A stretch of DNA of 31,433 nt, taken from Planctomycetota bacterium (GTDB lineage: Bacteria; Planctomycetota; SZUA-567; H5-PLA8). Positions 15,459-25,218 of the stretch are shown one piece after another. The first letter of the stretch is position 1; each line of letters begins with the position of its first letter. The translations under genes were made by a program, and so were the position numbers. Below the pieces are notes generated by a model that was not told the origin of the DNA, did not search any database, and saw only the letters and a program-made list of their open reading frames with translations. Location: positions 1-31,433 of the forward strand of contig BTVV01000069.1 of the NCBI GenBank assembly GCA_045863855.1. The letters run 5' to 3'.

Positions 15459-17720
15459 ATGATCAAAGTAGACGATTTTTTGAAGGAAGCGACGCAACAC
15501 TCCTTGGATGCCTTCCAGAAGCAGCGGCGGGTTCTTTCGTTCCAGCAGTGGCTGGATCTGTTTGTCAAGGATCCGGCGATGCAGGGACGGAACGCAGCGC
15601 AGTACCTTGTGGACTGCCTGGACTTCTACGGGCACTACGAAGTGGATTCCATCGGCGGGAAGGCTCGGCGCTACAAGCTCTTCGACGCGCCCTTCGACGG
15701 CGGCCGCACGCGCATGATCGGGCACGAGGCCGCGCAACACGACGTCTACGATCTTTTTCGCCGTTTTGCCGCTACGGGCAAAGCCGACCGCCTGGTGCTG
15801 AGTCACGGCCCGAATGGAAGCGGGAAAAGCACGCTGATCGACCTTTTGATCCGCGCGCAGGAAGCCTACAGCCGCACCGACGAAGGTTCGATCTTCACCT
15901 TCAACTGGATCTTTACCGAGCGGCTGGAAGGCAGCGGTCAGATGGGCTTCAGCGCCCGCGAGGAGCTGCCCAAGGACAGTCTCGCGTTCATCGACGAGAA
16001 CTTAATCAGTTGCAAAATCGTCAGCGAGCTGCGCGAAAGCCCGCTTTTCCTCATCCCGCAGCCCGAGCGCAACCGGCTCCTTGACAGACTCCTGGCCGAA
16101 GGCGAGCGCAGTCCGAAGCGCGTGGAGCGGCTGAAGGGGAGTTACCTGCGCGAGGGCGATCTTTCGGCCAAGAGCAAGGCGATCTTCGAGGCGCTCCTGA
16201 ACGCCTACCGCGGCGACTGGCTGAAGGTGATCAAGCATGTCCAGGTGGAGCGCTATTTCGTGAGCAAGCGCTTCCGGGTGGCTTCTTCGGTGATCGAGCC
16301 GCAACAGAATGTGGACGCCGCGGCGCGGCCGATGAGCTTCGAGGCCGGCGCGGTGCTGCCCCCGGCTCTACAAGGGTTGCAACTCCTGGAGCTTTCCGGC
16401 GAACTGATCGACGCAAGCGGCGGGATCGTGGAATACAGCGATATCCTGAAGCGGCCGCTGGAACTGAACAAGTATCTCCTGAATACCTGCGAGCGCGGGT
16501 CGATTTCGCTGCACGGTGTCGTCGCCCACCTCAACACCGTCTTGATGGGTACGTGCAACGAGAAATATCTGAGCGCCTTCAAGGCAAACCCCGACTTCAC
16601 CAGCTTCAAGGGCCGCATCGAACTGGTGCGGATGGGGTACCTGCTGGAGTGGCGCAAGGAGCGCGAGGTCTACCGGGACTTTATCGAGGAACTGCGTGGC
16701 GAGCGGCATGTCGCGCCGCACACCCTCGACGCTGCGGCTCTTTGGGCGGTGATGACGCGGCTGCGCAAGCCCGATCCCGACCGCTACTCGGAGGAAGCTC
16801 AGTCCGTCGTGAAGAAACTGACGCCGCTGGAGAAGGCGCGGCTGTACGGCGAGGGCGCGGCCCCCGAACGGTTGAACACCGACCAGAAGCGCGCGCTGCT
16901 CTCCGTGGTCGCGCGCATGCGCGACGAGCACAACGAAGATGCGGCGGAGTTCGAGAATTTCGTCTGCAGCGCCTACGAAGGCCGCCGCGGAGCCAGCGCG
17001 CGCGAAATGCGTTCGCTCCTGGCCGACGCCGCGGGCAATCACGACAAGCCGTGCCTCTCGCCGCTGGCCGTATTCAACGAGATGCGCAAACTCATGAAGG
17101 ACCGCAGCGTCTACGATTTCCTGCGCCTGGAGCCGGAGGACGGCTACAGCGATCCGGAGAGCCACATCGGCGAAGTGGAAGACGAGTATTTCCGCTGGAT
17201 CATGGTGGAAGCGTACGATTCGATGGAGCTGATCGAGGAGCAGGAATTTACCCGCCGCGTCGAAGACTACTTTCGCCACGTCCGCGGGTACGTCTCGGGC
17301 GAGAAGATCGAAAACGTGCGCACGGGCCAGTACGAGCCGGCCAGCACCAGCGTGATGGAAGGCCTCGAGAAGCTGATGGACCTGAAGGAGTCGGCGGACA
17401 ATTTCCGGCGCAACGTGATGACCAAAATCGCCGCGTGGTCGCTGGAGCATCCCAATGTAAAGCTCAGCTACCCCGAAATCTTCCCCGATTTGGTTCACAA
17501 CCTGCGCGCCAGTTACTACAAGAATAAGCAGAAGGATCTCGAAACCCTGGCGCAGTACATCCTGACGTCGGGCACCGAGGACGCAGCGCTGGTTCCGCAA
17601 GCGCAGCGCCCGCGCGTCGAGAAAGCGCTTGGCACGATGCGCGAGAAGTACGGCTACTGCGACGCATGCGCCAAAGAGGCGCTTTCGTTCATGCTGCGTC
17701 GGCTGAACGAGAAAGCCTGA
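15459..17720 (+). CDS. prkA: PrkA-family serine protein kinase / AAA+ protein
   Basis: Walker A LSHGPNGSGKST, GELIDASGGIVEYSDILKR, ALWAVMTRL, GASAREM, and the C-terminal KYGYCDACAKEAL typical of PrkA. Confidence 0.85.
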   Translation: MIKVDDFLKEATQHSLDAFQKQRRVLSFQQWLDLFVKDPAMQGRNAAQYLVDCLDFYGHYEVDSIGGKARRYKLFDAPFDGGRTRMIGHEAAQHDVYDLFRRFAATGKADRLVLSHGPNGSGKSTLIDLLIRAQEAYSRTDEGSIFTFNWIFTERLEGSGQMGFSAREELPKDSLAFIDENLISCKIVSELRESPLFLIPQPERNRLLDRLLAEGERSPKRVERLKGSYLREGDLSAKSKAIFEALLNAYRGDWLKVIKHVQVERYFVSKRFRVASSVIEPQQNVDAAARPMSFEAGAVLPPALQGLQLLELSGELIDASGGIVEYSDILKRPLELNKYLLNTCERGSISLHGVVAHLNTVLMGTCNEKYLSAFKANPDFTSFKGRIELVRMGYLLEWRKEREVYRDFIEELRGERHVAPHTLDAAALWAVMTRLRKPDPDRYSEEAQSVVKKLTPLEKARLYGEGAAPERLNTDQKRALLSVVARMRDEHNEDAAEFENFVCSAYEGRRGASAREMRSLLADAAGNHDKPCLSPLAVFNEMRKLMKDRSVYDFLRLEPEDGYSDPESHIGEVEDEYFRWIMVEAYDSMELIEEQEFTRRVEDYFRHVRGYVSGEKIENVRTGQYEPASTSVMEGLEKLMDLKESADNFRRNVMTKIAAWSLEHPNVKLSYPEIFPDLVHNLRASYYKNKQKDLETLAQYILTSGTEDAALVPQAQRPRVEKALGTMREKYGYCDACAKEALSFMLRRLNEKA

Positions 17721-18511
17721 TGCGCGCGGCATGCGCGATAGTGGCGCTGGCACTGCTGTCCGGCTGCGGCGAACGGGACCCCGAGTCTGCGGCGGCGCCG
17801 GCCTTTCAGGAACCGGCGCTCGTCGCCGTACCGGTGCCGGGCAAGCCGGATCGCTCCGAACGCCACTTCGTCTGCGCGCGGCTCAAGGGAAAGATCGAGC
17901 TCGACGGGAAGCTCGACGAACGCGCGTGGCGCGAGGCGCGGCCGTTGGAATTCGTGCAGCATTGGGCGAAGGCCAAGCCCGCGCGGGAAGGCCGTGCCTG
18001 GATGCTGTGGGACGAAACCTTCCTGTATCTGGCCGGAGAGTTTACCGACCGCGATCTGCGTGCAAACGTGGCGGAGCACGATGCCGACGTGTTTCTGAAC
18101 GATGTCTTCGAGCTGTTCGTGCAGCCCGACCGCGCCAAGGACGACCATTTCGAAATCCTTTTCGCGGCCAACGGTTCGACGATGGACCTGCGCGTGCTTG
18201 GACGCGACCGCCACGCGAAGACCGACCGCGGCTGGGAGTCCCGCCTGGAAGGCGCCGCCGGCCTGCGCGGAACTTTGAACGATGCGTCCGACGAGGACGG
18301 CGGCTGGAGCGCCGAAGTGCGCGTCCCGTGGAGCGCGTTCGCCCAGACGGCTTCCGCCCCGAGCGCGGGGAGCGTCTGGTACTTCGCGTTGGGGCGCTAC
18401 GATTACTCGGAGCGCGATCAGCCCAGCCCGGAGATCAGTTGTACCGCCCCGATGCGAGCGCTGAACTTTCATGCGTTCGACGAGTACGACGGCTTGCGCT
18501 TCGAGAAGTAA
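17720..18511 (+). CDS. Carbohydrate-binding family 9-like (CBM9/DOMON-like) lipoprotein
   Basis: The ATG overlaps the prkA stop (TGATG). Lipobox LLSG-C. Motifs IELDGKLDERAW, WDETFLYL, DVFELF, GWSAEVRVPW. Confidence 0.8.
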   Translation: MRAACAIVALALLSGCGERDPESAAAPAFQEPALVAVPVPGKPDRSERHFVCARLKGKIELDGKLDERAWREARPLEFVQHWAKAKPAREGRAWMLWDETFLYLAGEFTDRDLRANVAEHDADVFLNDVFELFVQPDRAKDDHFEILFAANGSTMDLRVLGRDRHAKTDRGWESRLEGAAGLRGTLNDASDEDGGWSAEVRVPWSAFAQTASAPSAGSVWYFALGRYDYSERDQPSPEISCTAPMRALNFHAFDEYDGLRFEK

Positions 18512-18526
18512 TTGAAGCCGTTTTAG

Positions 18527-19732
18527 CTACGCGCGGCCGGCCGGGATGCCGGCGCCGCGAGCGGCGGCTTCGATCATGCGCCCGGCGATAAAGCGCCCCA
18601 CCAGATCCCCGCGCACGTAAAGCCGCGTGGCGAACAGGGCTTCCCTCAGCGCCAGCAGGATGCTCTCGCAGCCTTCCGCGCCGAACAGCGCGGCAAGCTT
18701 TCCGGCGAGCGGCGACTGGTCGCGCTGCAACAGCGCTTCTTCGCCCGCTCCGGAGGCGCGGACGAGCGCATCGCGGAAGTTCAGTTCGCACAGTTCCAGC
18801 AGCCGCGTGAAGACAAAACGCTTCCAGCCCGCGGCCGTCTTCTGCGCCTCTTCGGCTTCGCGCGCGTTCTCCGATTCGTCGTCTTCTTCCACGACGGCGG
18901 TTTCGCTGCCGCGGCCGGCCTCCTTCTCGGCCTCGAAGTAGCGTGTCCCTTCGGCCTCGGCCAACGCCCACAACGCGAGCCCGAAGCGCACGCCCGTCTG
19001 CGGCGTGAAATCGCCCAGCGCTTTGGCGAGCCCCGTGCGCCAGCGGCCCAGGTCGCCGGAGAGAATCTCCTTCGCGCGGCCCAGGCTTCCGTCGGCCAGC
19101 GCCGCGGCCAGTTCCACCGATGCGGTGCTCGCGGAAAGCCCGCTCAACCCGGCGAGGACCTCGGCTTTGGCCAAGCGCCGGAAAGTCACGGGCTGGCAGC
19201 GCGAGACGATCGTCTCCAGCAGCGCCTCGGGATGGCTGGTAGTCAGGATCACCACCGCGCCGGGCGGCGGTTCTTCGAGCGATTTCAGAAAGCTGTTGGC
19301 GGCTTCGGCCTGCCCGCGGCAGAGCCGTTGCGCTTCGGGGACAATCGCGACGCGGCGCGGTCCGCTGTGCGGCGTGCGGTGAAGTTGTTCGGCCAGGCGC
19401 TTGGCGGCGTCGAGCGGGATGATCGGTTCCTGATCGCCGACGAGCTTCTCGCCGCCGGTGAGCGTCTTGATCGGGACGAGCAGATCGGGATGTTCGACGG
19501 GCTGTCCGGGCGGCGCGGACAGCCAGCGGCAGGACTTGCAGGTTCCGCAGGCTTTGTCCGGGGCGGGCGGCTGGTGGCAAAGCAATACACGCGCGAGGAC
19601 GCGCGCCGCCGTGCGTTTGCCCACGCCGGAGGGGCCCGTGAAAAGGTAAGCGTGCGCAAGCCGGCCGTTGCGCAGCACCGTGCGCAGGAACTTCTGGGCG
19701 GGCGCTTGCCCAAGCAACTCGTCCCAGCTCAC
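18527..19732 (-). CDS. holB: DNA polymerase III delta' subunit
   Basis: HAYLFTGPSGVGK, Zn cluster C..CGTCKSC, HPD, AANSFLKSLEEP, TIVSRC. The GTG start overlaps the tmk stop, and tmk-holB is a conserved gene order. Confidence 0.9.
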   Translation of the reverse strand: MSWDELLGQAPAQKFLRTVLRNGRLAHAYLFTGPSGVGKRTAARVLARVLLCHQPPAPDKACGTCKSCRWLSAPPGQPVEHPDLLVPIKTLTGGEKLVGDQEPIIPLDAAKRLAEQLHRTPHSGPRRVAIVPEAQRLCRGQAEAANSFLKSLEEPPPGAVVILTTSHPEALLETIVSRCQPVTFRRLAKAEVLAGLSGLSASTASVELAAALADGSLGRAKEILSGDLGRWRTGLAKALGDFTPQTGVRFGLALWALAEAEGTRYFEAEKEAGRGSETAVVEEDDESENAREAEEAQKTAAGWKRFVFTRLLELCELNFRDALVRASGAGEEALLQRDQSPLAGKLAALFGAEGCESILLALREALFATRLYVRGDLVGRFIAGRMIEAAARGAGIPAGRA

Positions 19733-20370
19733 TTCAAGAGCCGCTCCACGTGCTTCCACAGCCGCGCCCGGACTTCTTCGATCGGGCCGGCGGCATCCAC
19801 GAGCTTGTACTTGCCCCGCCCGCGCTCGGCATGGCGCTTGTACGCGCCGCTCACGTCGCGCAGGAAGCGCGCGCCTTTCGACTCCATGCGGTCGGCTTCG
19901 CGTTCGGCGCGGCGACCGACGCAAACCGTCGTCGCGGCCCACAGCACGAGGTACAGATCGGGCTTCAAGCCCCCGGTCGAAAGCTCGGAAAGCTGCTGGA
20001 TCGCGCGCGCGCTCACGTGTCCGGCGTCACCCTGATAGACGAGCGTCGAGAGCGTGAAGCGGTCGCAGACGACCCAGGTGCCGCGGGCTAGCGCGGGGCG
20101 GATCACCTCCGCCACCAGTTGCGCACGCGCGGCCTGGAACAGAAACGCTTCGGCGACGGAGGTGAGCTTTTCCTGGCGTTTTTCGAGAAGCAGCGAACGG
20201 ATGATCTCGCCGGCTGTCGTGCCGCCGGGCTCGCGCAGCGAAAGCGTGTGTACGCCGCGCATGTCGAGTTGTTCGACCAGCAGCTGGACCTGCGTCGACT
20301 TGCCCACACCGTCGGGGCCGTCGACGACGATAAAGCGGCCGGCTTTGGACTTGGCGCGCGCGGCGGACAC
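19729..20370 (-). CDS. tmk: Thymidylate kinase
   Basis: P-loop DGPDGVGKSTQ, REPGGT, DRFTLSTLVYQG, DRMES. GTG 20370 has AGGAG upstream. Confidence 0.95.
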   Translation of the reverse strand: MSAARAKSKAGRFIVVDGPDGVGKSTQVQLLVEQLDMRGVHTLSLREPGGTTAGEIIRSLLLEKRQEKLTSVAEAFLFQAARAQLVAEVIRPALARGTWVVCDRFTLSTLVYQGDAGHVSARAIQQLSELSTGGLKPDLYLVLWAATTVCVGRRAEREADRMESKGARFLRDVSGAYKRHAERGRGKYKLVDAAGPIEEVRARLWKHVERLLK

Positions 20371-20443
20371 TGGGGCTCCTTGAGCGAACGGCCGAACCAC
20401 GGGGAATCGGGCTTCCGGAGCGCTGTTTATAAAGGAGAGCGGG

Positions 20444-20689
20444 CTAGTCCGCGAATTCCAGTTCGACGAGCTTGTCGCCGGCCTTGACCTTGGCGCCTTC
20501 CTCGACCAGCAGGCGTTTGACCGTGCCCGCGCGCGGGGCGGGCAGGTTGAAGGCGGCCTTGTCCGTGACCAATTCTGCCAGATCGTCGCCTTCCTCGACC
20601 CGTTCGCCGGGCGCGACGTACCAGAAATTCAGCAGCGTTTCGGTCTGCTTCTGCTCGCCGAGCGGCGGGACTTCGACGGTGGTGAGCAT
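20444..20689 (-). CDS. Stand-alone lipoyl-carrier domain protein
   Basis: 81 aa with the lipoyl attachment motif LAELVTDKA, plus W..PGERVEEGD and GAKVKAGD. Confidence 0.85.
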   Translation of the reverse strand: MLTTVEVPPLGEQKQTETLLNFWYVAPGERVEEGDDLAELVTDKAAFNLPAPRAGTVKRLLVEEGAKVKAGDKLVELEFAD

Positions 20690-20831
20690 GCGAGCGGCGT
20701 CCGCGGGTGCACGATCTTGGGCTCGGCCGGCCCATCTATTTCAATAAGCTACCCGGCGGTCGGTTTTTGCTCAAGACGGGGCAAAAGAAGATTCCGGCGC
20801 GCAGAATAGGGAGGGGGCTGCCTTGGCGGGC

Positions 20832-21323
20832 TTACTTTTTCTGCATCCGGCCCAGGAGCGCGCCCAGGCTGAGCACGCCTTTGCGTTCATGCACCGAACA
20901 GGAAGCGTCGGTAAAGGCTTCCTGGGCCACGAGCTTCCCGCCACGGAGCTGTTCGACGCGGATTTCCTCTACGGTCGTGCATCCGCCATCGGGCTTGGCG
21001 CGGTAAAAGGCGAGCAACGCGTCGAGTTGGCGCAGATCTTCGGCGGTCAGCGCCATTTCGCCCAAGGCTTCACGCCCCTTTTCAACGTATATCCCATCCT
21101 TCTCCGACCATTCCAGGATCAGCCGAGTGGCGCTGGCACGGGGCGCCGCGCCCGAGATGAACGTGAGTTCGTAGGTCGCCGAATGGAAACAGCCCCTCGA
21201 GGCGTAGCGGATTTTTAGACTATCGGCGCCGGGCAACCCCGCGAAGCCGGCGACGCGTGCGGGTTCTTCCGCGCGCGCGGCACATGCGAGCAACAGCAAA
21301 GCAACTAGGGCGATGCGCGGCAT
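20832..21323 (-). CDS. Hypothetical secreted protein
   Basis: RBS GGAGGA. Signal peptide MPRIALVALLLLACAARA. Cys-containing motifs SRGCFH, GGCTT, ASCS. Confidence 0.7.
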   Translation of the reverse strand: MPRIALVALLLLACAARAEEPARVAGFAGLPGADSLKIRYASRGCFHSATYELTFISGAAPRASATRLILEWSEKDGIYVEKGREALGEMALTAEDLRQLDALLAFYRAKPDGGCTTVEEIRVEQLRGGKLVAQEAFTDASCSVHERKGVLSLGALLGRMQKK

Positions 21324-21407
21324 GGGCCATCCTCCACCTGCGGCCGTAGGCGCCGCTGCTTCTTAGACTTCGGCGGCAGCGATTCCGTTACGGGTTTTCC
21401 ATGTTTC

Positions 21408-22976
21408 CTACTCGCCCCACCGGTAACACACCAGCTCCCGGTCGTTTCGCACCAGCAGGTGCTTGCCCGCCAGAGCCGGATAGTTCCAGGTCTTGCTCGT
21501 CAGCGCGGGAATCCGCTGCAGCACGCGGTACGCGCCTGGGTCGGCGGCGACGAGCACCACTTCGCCGCGCTCCGATTGCACGATTAGCGCGTCGCCCGCT
21601 CCGATCACTTGCCCGTGCCCGAAGTTCTCGTCTTTCCAGGTTCGCTTGCCGTCGGCCAGCGCGATGCACGCCAGCCGGCCTTCGTCGAGTCCGTACGCGT
21701 GAGCGCCTTTCACGAGCGCGTTGGTGAATTTCGTCTTCATGTCCAGGCTGTGCCAAACTTGAGCGACGCTCCACGGCTGCCCCTCGGCGGCGGGCGGCGT
21801 GATCTTGAGCATCTTCGCGCCCAGGCCGTAACCGACGGTGATCAGGACGCGCTCGGCGTCGACGAACTGGGGGCTGGCGACCTTCGCGGGCGCGCCGGGC
21901 CAGGCGAAGCGCCAGAGTTCTTCGCCCCCGGCCGGATCGTGCGCGGCCACGCTGTCGGCGTAGACGACGACCAGTTGCTCGCGACCGCCCAGCGTGCCGA
22001 GGGCCGGCGTGCTGTAGCTCGACTTGTCGTTCCCCGCGCGCCAAACCGGTTCGCCGGTCAGCGCGCGAAACGCGGCCGTCGTGGTTTCGGGCTTTCCACC
22101 GAGCGTGACGACGACCAGATCGTGGATGACCAGCGGGGAGCCGCTCTTGCCCCACTGCAAGTTCGGCTGGCCGGATTCGCCCAGCGTATCGCGCGTCCAG
22201 CGCGTGGTTCCCGATTGCGCATCCAGCGCATGAAGCAGGCCGGTGGCGCCGAGGGCGTAGACGATCCCGCCCGAAACGGTGGGCGTGGCGCGCGGGCCGT
22301 CGCCGCCCATTTCTTCGCTGAAGCGCGCGGCGGCTTCGTGTACCCAGCGTACGTCGCCGTTCTTGAGATCGCGGCAGACGACGAGTTCCTTCTCGCCGCG
22401 CTGCTCTTGCGTATAGACGAGCCCTCCGGTGACGGTGCACCCCGACCAGCCCGCGCCGCAGGCCACGCGCCAGGCTTGGCGCGGCGGCTGCTTCGCCCAA
22501 TCCGCGGGAAGGTCCGACACGTCGGCCCAGCCGTCTCCGCGCGGCCCTAGAAAGCGCGGCCAATCCGTGGCGGCAATTTTCGCCGCTTCCGCAGCGGGAA
22601 CGGCCTCGGCCGCCGGCGCCGCTGCAGGCTTGAGGTCCGGCAGCGCATAGTCGCGCGGCGGCGTCCAGCGCCAGCCCAGGATCGGAAGAATGTCGCCGTA
22701 ATAGCCCTCGACACGCACGCAAAGCGCGAGGCCCGCGATGAGCGCGACGGCGGCCAACGAACCTCCCAGCCGCACGCCCCCCGGCAGCCGGCTCACGAAC
22801 GCGAACCACAACCCGACCGCGCCGGCCAGCAGCACCAAGGTCATCAGCGTCAGGCCCGTGGTCAGGCCCTTCAGTTCGAAGCTCGGATTGAAGCGTACGA
22901 AAGCGAGCGCCGCCGCGCCCAGGGCCAGCAGGGCGGCGAGCAGCATCCAGCGCGGGCGGGGCGGATCGGATGTCAT
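21408..22976 (-). CDS. Membrane-anchored PQQ-binding-like (BamB-like) beta-propeller protein
   Basis: GAGGAG precedes ATG 22976. Three N-terminal TM segments, then DWPRFLGP, GPRATPTV, SYSTP and TWNYPAL..LLVRN, the propeller signature. Confidence 0.85.
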   Translation of the reverse strand: MTSDPPRPRWMLLAALLALGAAALAFVRFNPSFELKGLTTGLTLMTLVLLAGAVGLWFAFVSRLPGGVRLGGSLAAVALIAGLALCVRVEGYYGDILPILGWRWTPPRDYALPDLKPAAAPAAEAVPAAEAAKIAATDWPRFLGPRGDGWADVSDLPADWAKQPPRQAWRVACGAGWSGCTVTGGLVYTQEQRGEKELVVCRDLKNGDVRWVHEAAARFSEEMGGDGPRATPTVSGGIVYALGATGLLHALDAQSGTTRWTRDTLGESGQPNLQWGKSGSPLVIHDLVVVTLGGKPETTTAAFRALTGEPVWRAGNDKSSYSTPALGTLGGREQLVVVYADSVAAHDPAGGEELWRFAWPGAPAKVASPQFVDAERVLITVGYGLGAKMLKITPPAAEGQPWSVAQVWHSLDMKTKFTNALVKGAHAYGLDEGRLACIALADGKRTWKDENFGHGQVIGAGDALIVQSERGEVVLVAADPGAYRVLQRIPALTSKTWNYPALAGKHLLVRNDRELVCYRWGE

Positions 22977-23059
22977 GGCGGCTCCTCGTTTCGCGGCCCC
23001 AGTAGAACGTGAACGGGGAAGGAGAGCAACGGCAAGCGCCGCCGCCGGGCGGGACGCGT

Positions 23060-23470
23060 TCAGGTAGCCGGTCCTTCGCGGCGCGCGCGCCACGCCTTGA
23101 CCACGGCGGCCGCCTCGTACGCTTCGAATCCGCCGCACTCCTGCGCGAAGGGCTTGGCGTTCAGTTCGCTCACCAGCCGGTTCAGATCCTCGACGCCCGC
23201 GCGCACCGCAGCTTCGTCGGGCAAGGCGAGCAACCCTTGAAAGCGCTGGCTCAGCGTTTTGCGCAGCGCCATTTCTTTGGTCAGCGCACTAAGCCCTTCG
23301 CGCCGGATCGTCTTCTTGACCCACCACAATTCGTCGTACGGCTGGTCGAGGTCCGGAATCGGTTCGCCCATGCCGGGGAGCTTATCGAATTCGCCGGCTT
23401 CGATCGCGCGCAGGATGCGCTGTTCGGCGACGTACGCGACGACGCGTTCGGAGATGAGCGGCTGGGACAT
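23060..23470 (-). CDS. DUF1992 (DnaJ-family-associated) domain protein
   Basis: AEQRILRAIEAGEFDKLPGMGEP..D..YDELWW. GGGAGG lies upstream of ATG 23470. Confidence 0.8.
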   Translation of the reverse strand: MSQPLISERVVAYVAEQRILRAIEAGEFDKLPGMGEPIPDLDQPYDELWWVKKTIRREGLSALTKEMALRKTLSQRFQGLLALPDEAAVRAGVEDLNRLVSELNAKPFAQECGGFEAYEAAAVVKAWRARREGPAT

Positions 23471-23582
23471 TGCGGTCGCCTCCCGTGGTGCGAAGGGAGC
23501 CAAATTACGTGCTGTCCGGATCGTGTGCAAGATTCAGGCCAAAGCGCGCGGGGCCGCGCGTAGGCGAATTCGCATCGATACG

Positions 23583-24572
23583 CTACAGGAGATACACACC
23601 GGCCGTGCCGGCCTGCGCCGCCAGCATCAGCACGTACATGTGCGTCCAGGCCGGATGATTTCGTTCGCGGCCCAGCGCGTCGGGATCCCTCAGCAGCCGA
23701 GAACCGATCCAGCCGCCGTAGGCCGACAAGCCCAAGCCGAGCGCGGCCAGCGCCTCCAGCGGCGCGTGCAGCAGGCCCGCCGCGCCCAAAGCGGGCAGCG
23801 CCAGCCACGGCAGGCTTAAACACGCCGCGGCCAAGCGCGCCGCCGATCGGAAGCCCCACGCCACCGGCAGCGAGCGCACCCCGTCGGCGGCATCGGCTTC
23901 CGCGTCCGAAAAATCTTTCGTCGTTACCGCGCCGAACGTGAAGACGAAGAACACGCCTCCCAGCGCCCACGGCTCGGGATCGAAGGGACTCAACGCGGGG
24001 AAAAGCACCGCCCACCCGGCTACCTTGAGAAGCAGCCCGCGCGCGAGCGCGATGGCGAAGTTCGCGGCCAGCCCCCAGCGCTTCAGGCGCACGGGCGGCA
24101 GGCTGTACAGCGTGGTCAGGATCGCGGCCAGCAGCGCGCAATAGAGGAATTCCGGGTTCCGCGACCCTGGCGGGCGCGCGAAGAGTCCCCACGTCATGCT
24201 CGCCAGCAGCGCGGCAAACGCACAGCTCCACGCCGCGCCGCGCGAAAGCTCGCCCGACGGCAGCGGCCGTTCGGGTTTCGCGCGCCGGTCGATCTCCACG
24301 TCGCAGAGTTGGTTCAGGACGTTGCTGTAGATATTGAGCGCGATGGCCGCGAGCGCGCCGACGGCGAGCACGTGGCTCCATTCGCGCGGCGGATCGTCGC
24401 GCAAGCCCAGCGCGTTCAGGCCGGTCGTGACCGTCTCGAAGCTCGAACCGTCCGCGCGCATACGCGCGCCGATGGCCGCCAGCGCGCCGGTTACGACGCC
24501 CACCGCGGGAGGCAGACAGGTAAAGGGGCGCGCCAGCCGCCACCACGCGCGCGCGCTTCGCATAAATGGCAT
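23583..24572 (-). CDS. UbiA-superfamily prenyltransferase
   Basis: LARPFT, first Asp motif NQLCDVEID..KPERPLPSG, YSLPPVRLK, second motif KDFSD..AD...GVRSLP, and multiple TM helices. Confidence 0.85.
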   Translation of the reverse strand: MPFMRSARAWWRLARPFTCLPPAVGVVTGALAAIGARMRADGSSFETVTTGLNALGLRDDPPREWSHVLAVGALAAIALNIYSNVLNQLCDVEIDRRAKPERPLPSGELSRGAAWSCAFAALLASMTWGLFARPPGSRNPEFLYCALLAAILTTLYSLPPVRLKRWGLAANFAIALARGLLLKVAGWAVLFPALSPFDPEPWALGGVFFVFTFGAVTTKDFSDAEADAADGVRSLPVAWGFRSAARLAAACLSLPWLALPALGAAGLLHAPLEALAALGLGLSAYGGWIGSRLLRDPDALGRERNHPAWTHMYVLMLAAQAGTAGVYLL

Positions 24573-24701
24573 GCGGGGGTTATGGCGAGTCGCCCAAGTA
24601 GCCGCAAGCAGAGATACGTGCGCGGCTCTTGGCGGGCCTCATTTAAGGATGGACCTGCGACCCGGACAGGCGAGAATGGATGGAGGGCCGGAGCACGGGC
24701 T

Positions 24702-25172
24702 ATGCCGCAAACGCTGGACGAACCGGTGGCCGGACCGGCGCCCGCTTCGGGCCGTGGCGTCCCGTGGGTCCTGTCCCTGATTCTTTTGCTCGTGATGCCT
24801 TCCGGAACGATTTTCCTGCGCGCCCACGAATGGTTCGGCCGGACGGGCGCGGAGATCCTCTGCTTGTTGCTGTGGTGCGGCCTGATTCTCCTTTTCGCTC
24901 GCGTCGCGGCGGTGGGGCTGGGTACGGTGGGCGGCATTGAAGAGCGCGAGATGTACTGCTGGATGCTGTGGGGATTGGCCCTCCTGCATGCGGTCTGGGC
25001 GATCTATGCCGGATCGCTCCTGAGCGGAACCGTGGCGTTGTCCGAGGCGAAGCGGACGCTGCTGAACGTGAGCGGCGGATGGTGCCTGGCGGCGGTTCCG
25101 GTGGGCGTATACGCAGCATTGCGCATGCGCGAAGCGCAAGACCGGGCAGAATTGAAGGAATCGGCTTCCTGA
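24702..25172 (+). CDS. Hypothetical membrane protein (about 4 TM segments)
   Basis: GGAG upstream of ATG 24702 and four hydrophobic segments. No family recognised. Confidence 0.55.
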   Translation: MPQTLDEPVAGPAPASGRGVPWVLSLILLLVMPSGTIFLRAHEWFGRTGAEILCLLLWCGLILLFARVAAVGLGTVGGIEEREMYCWMLWGLALLHAVWAIYAGSLLSGTVALSEAKRTLLNVSGGWCLAAVPVGVYAALRMREAQDRAELKESAS

Positions 25173-25218
25173 GCGTTTGGTTAACACCTTGAGCAAGCTG
25201 GCGAAGTGGAGAGTGGCG

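Noticed and set aside
19733..19942. Extended holB N-terminus (and likewise 22977-23138, 24309-24701 and 5010-5483 for other genes)
   Set aside because: These extensions overlap neighbouring genes, and downstream starts with an RBS or stop-start coupling fit family lengths better.
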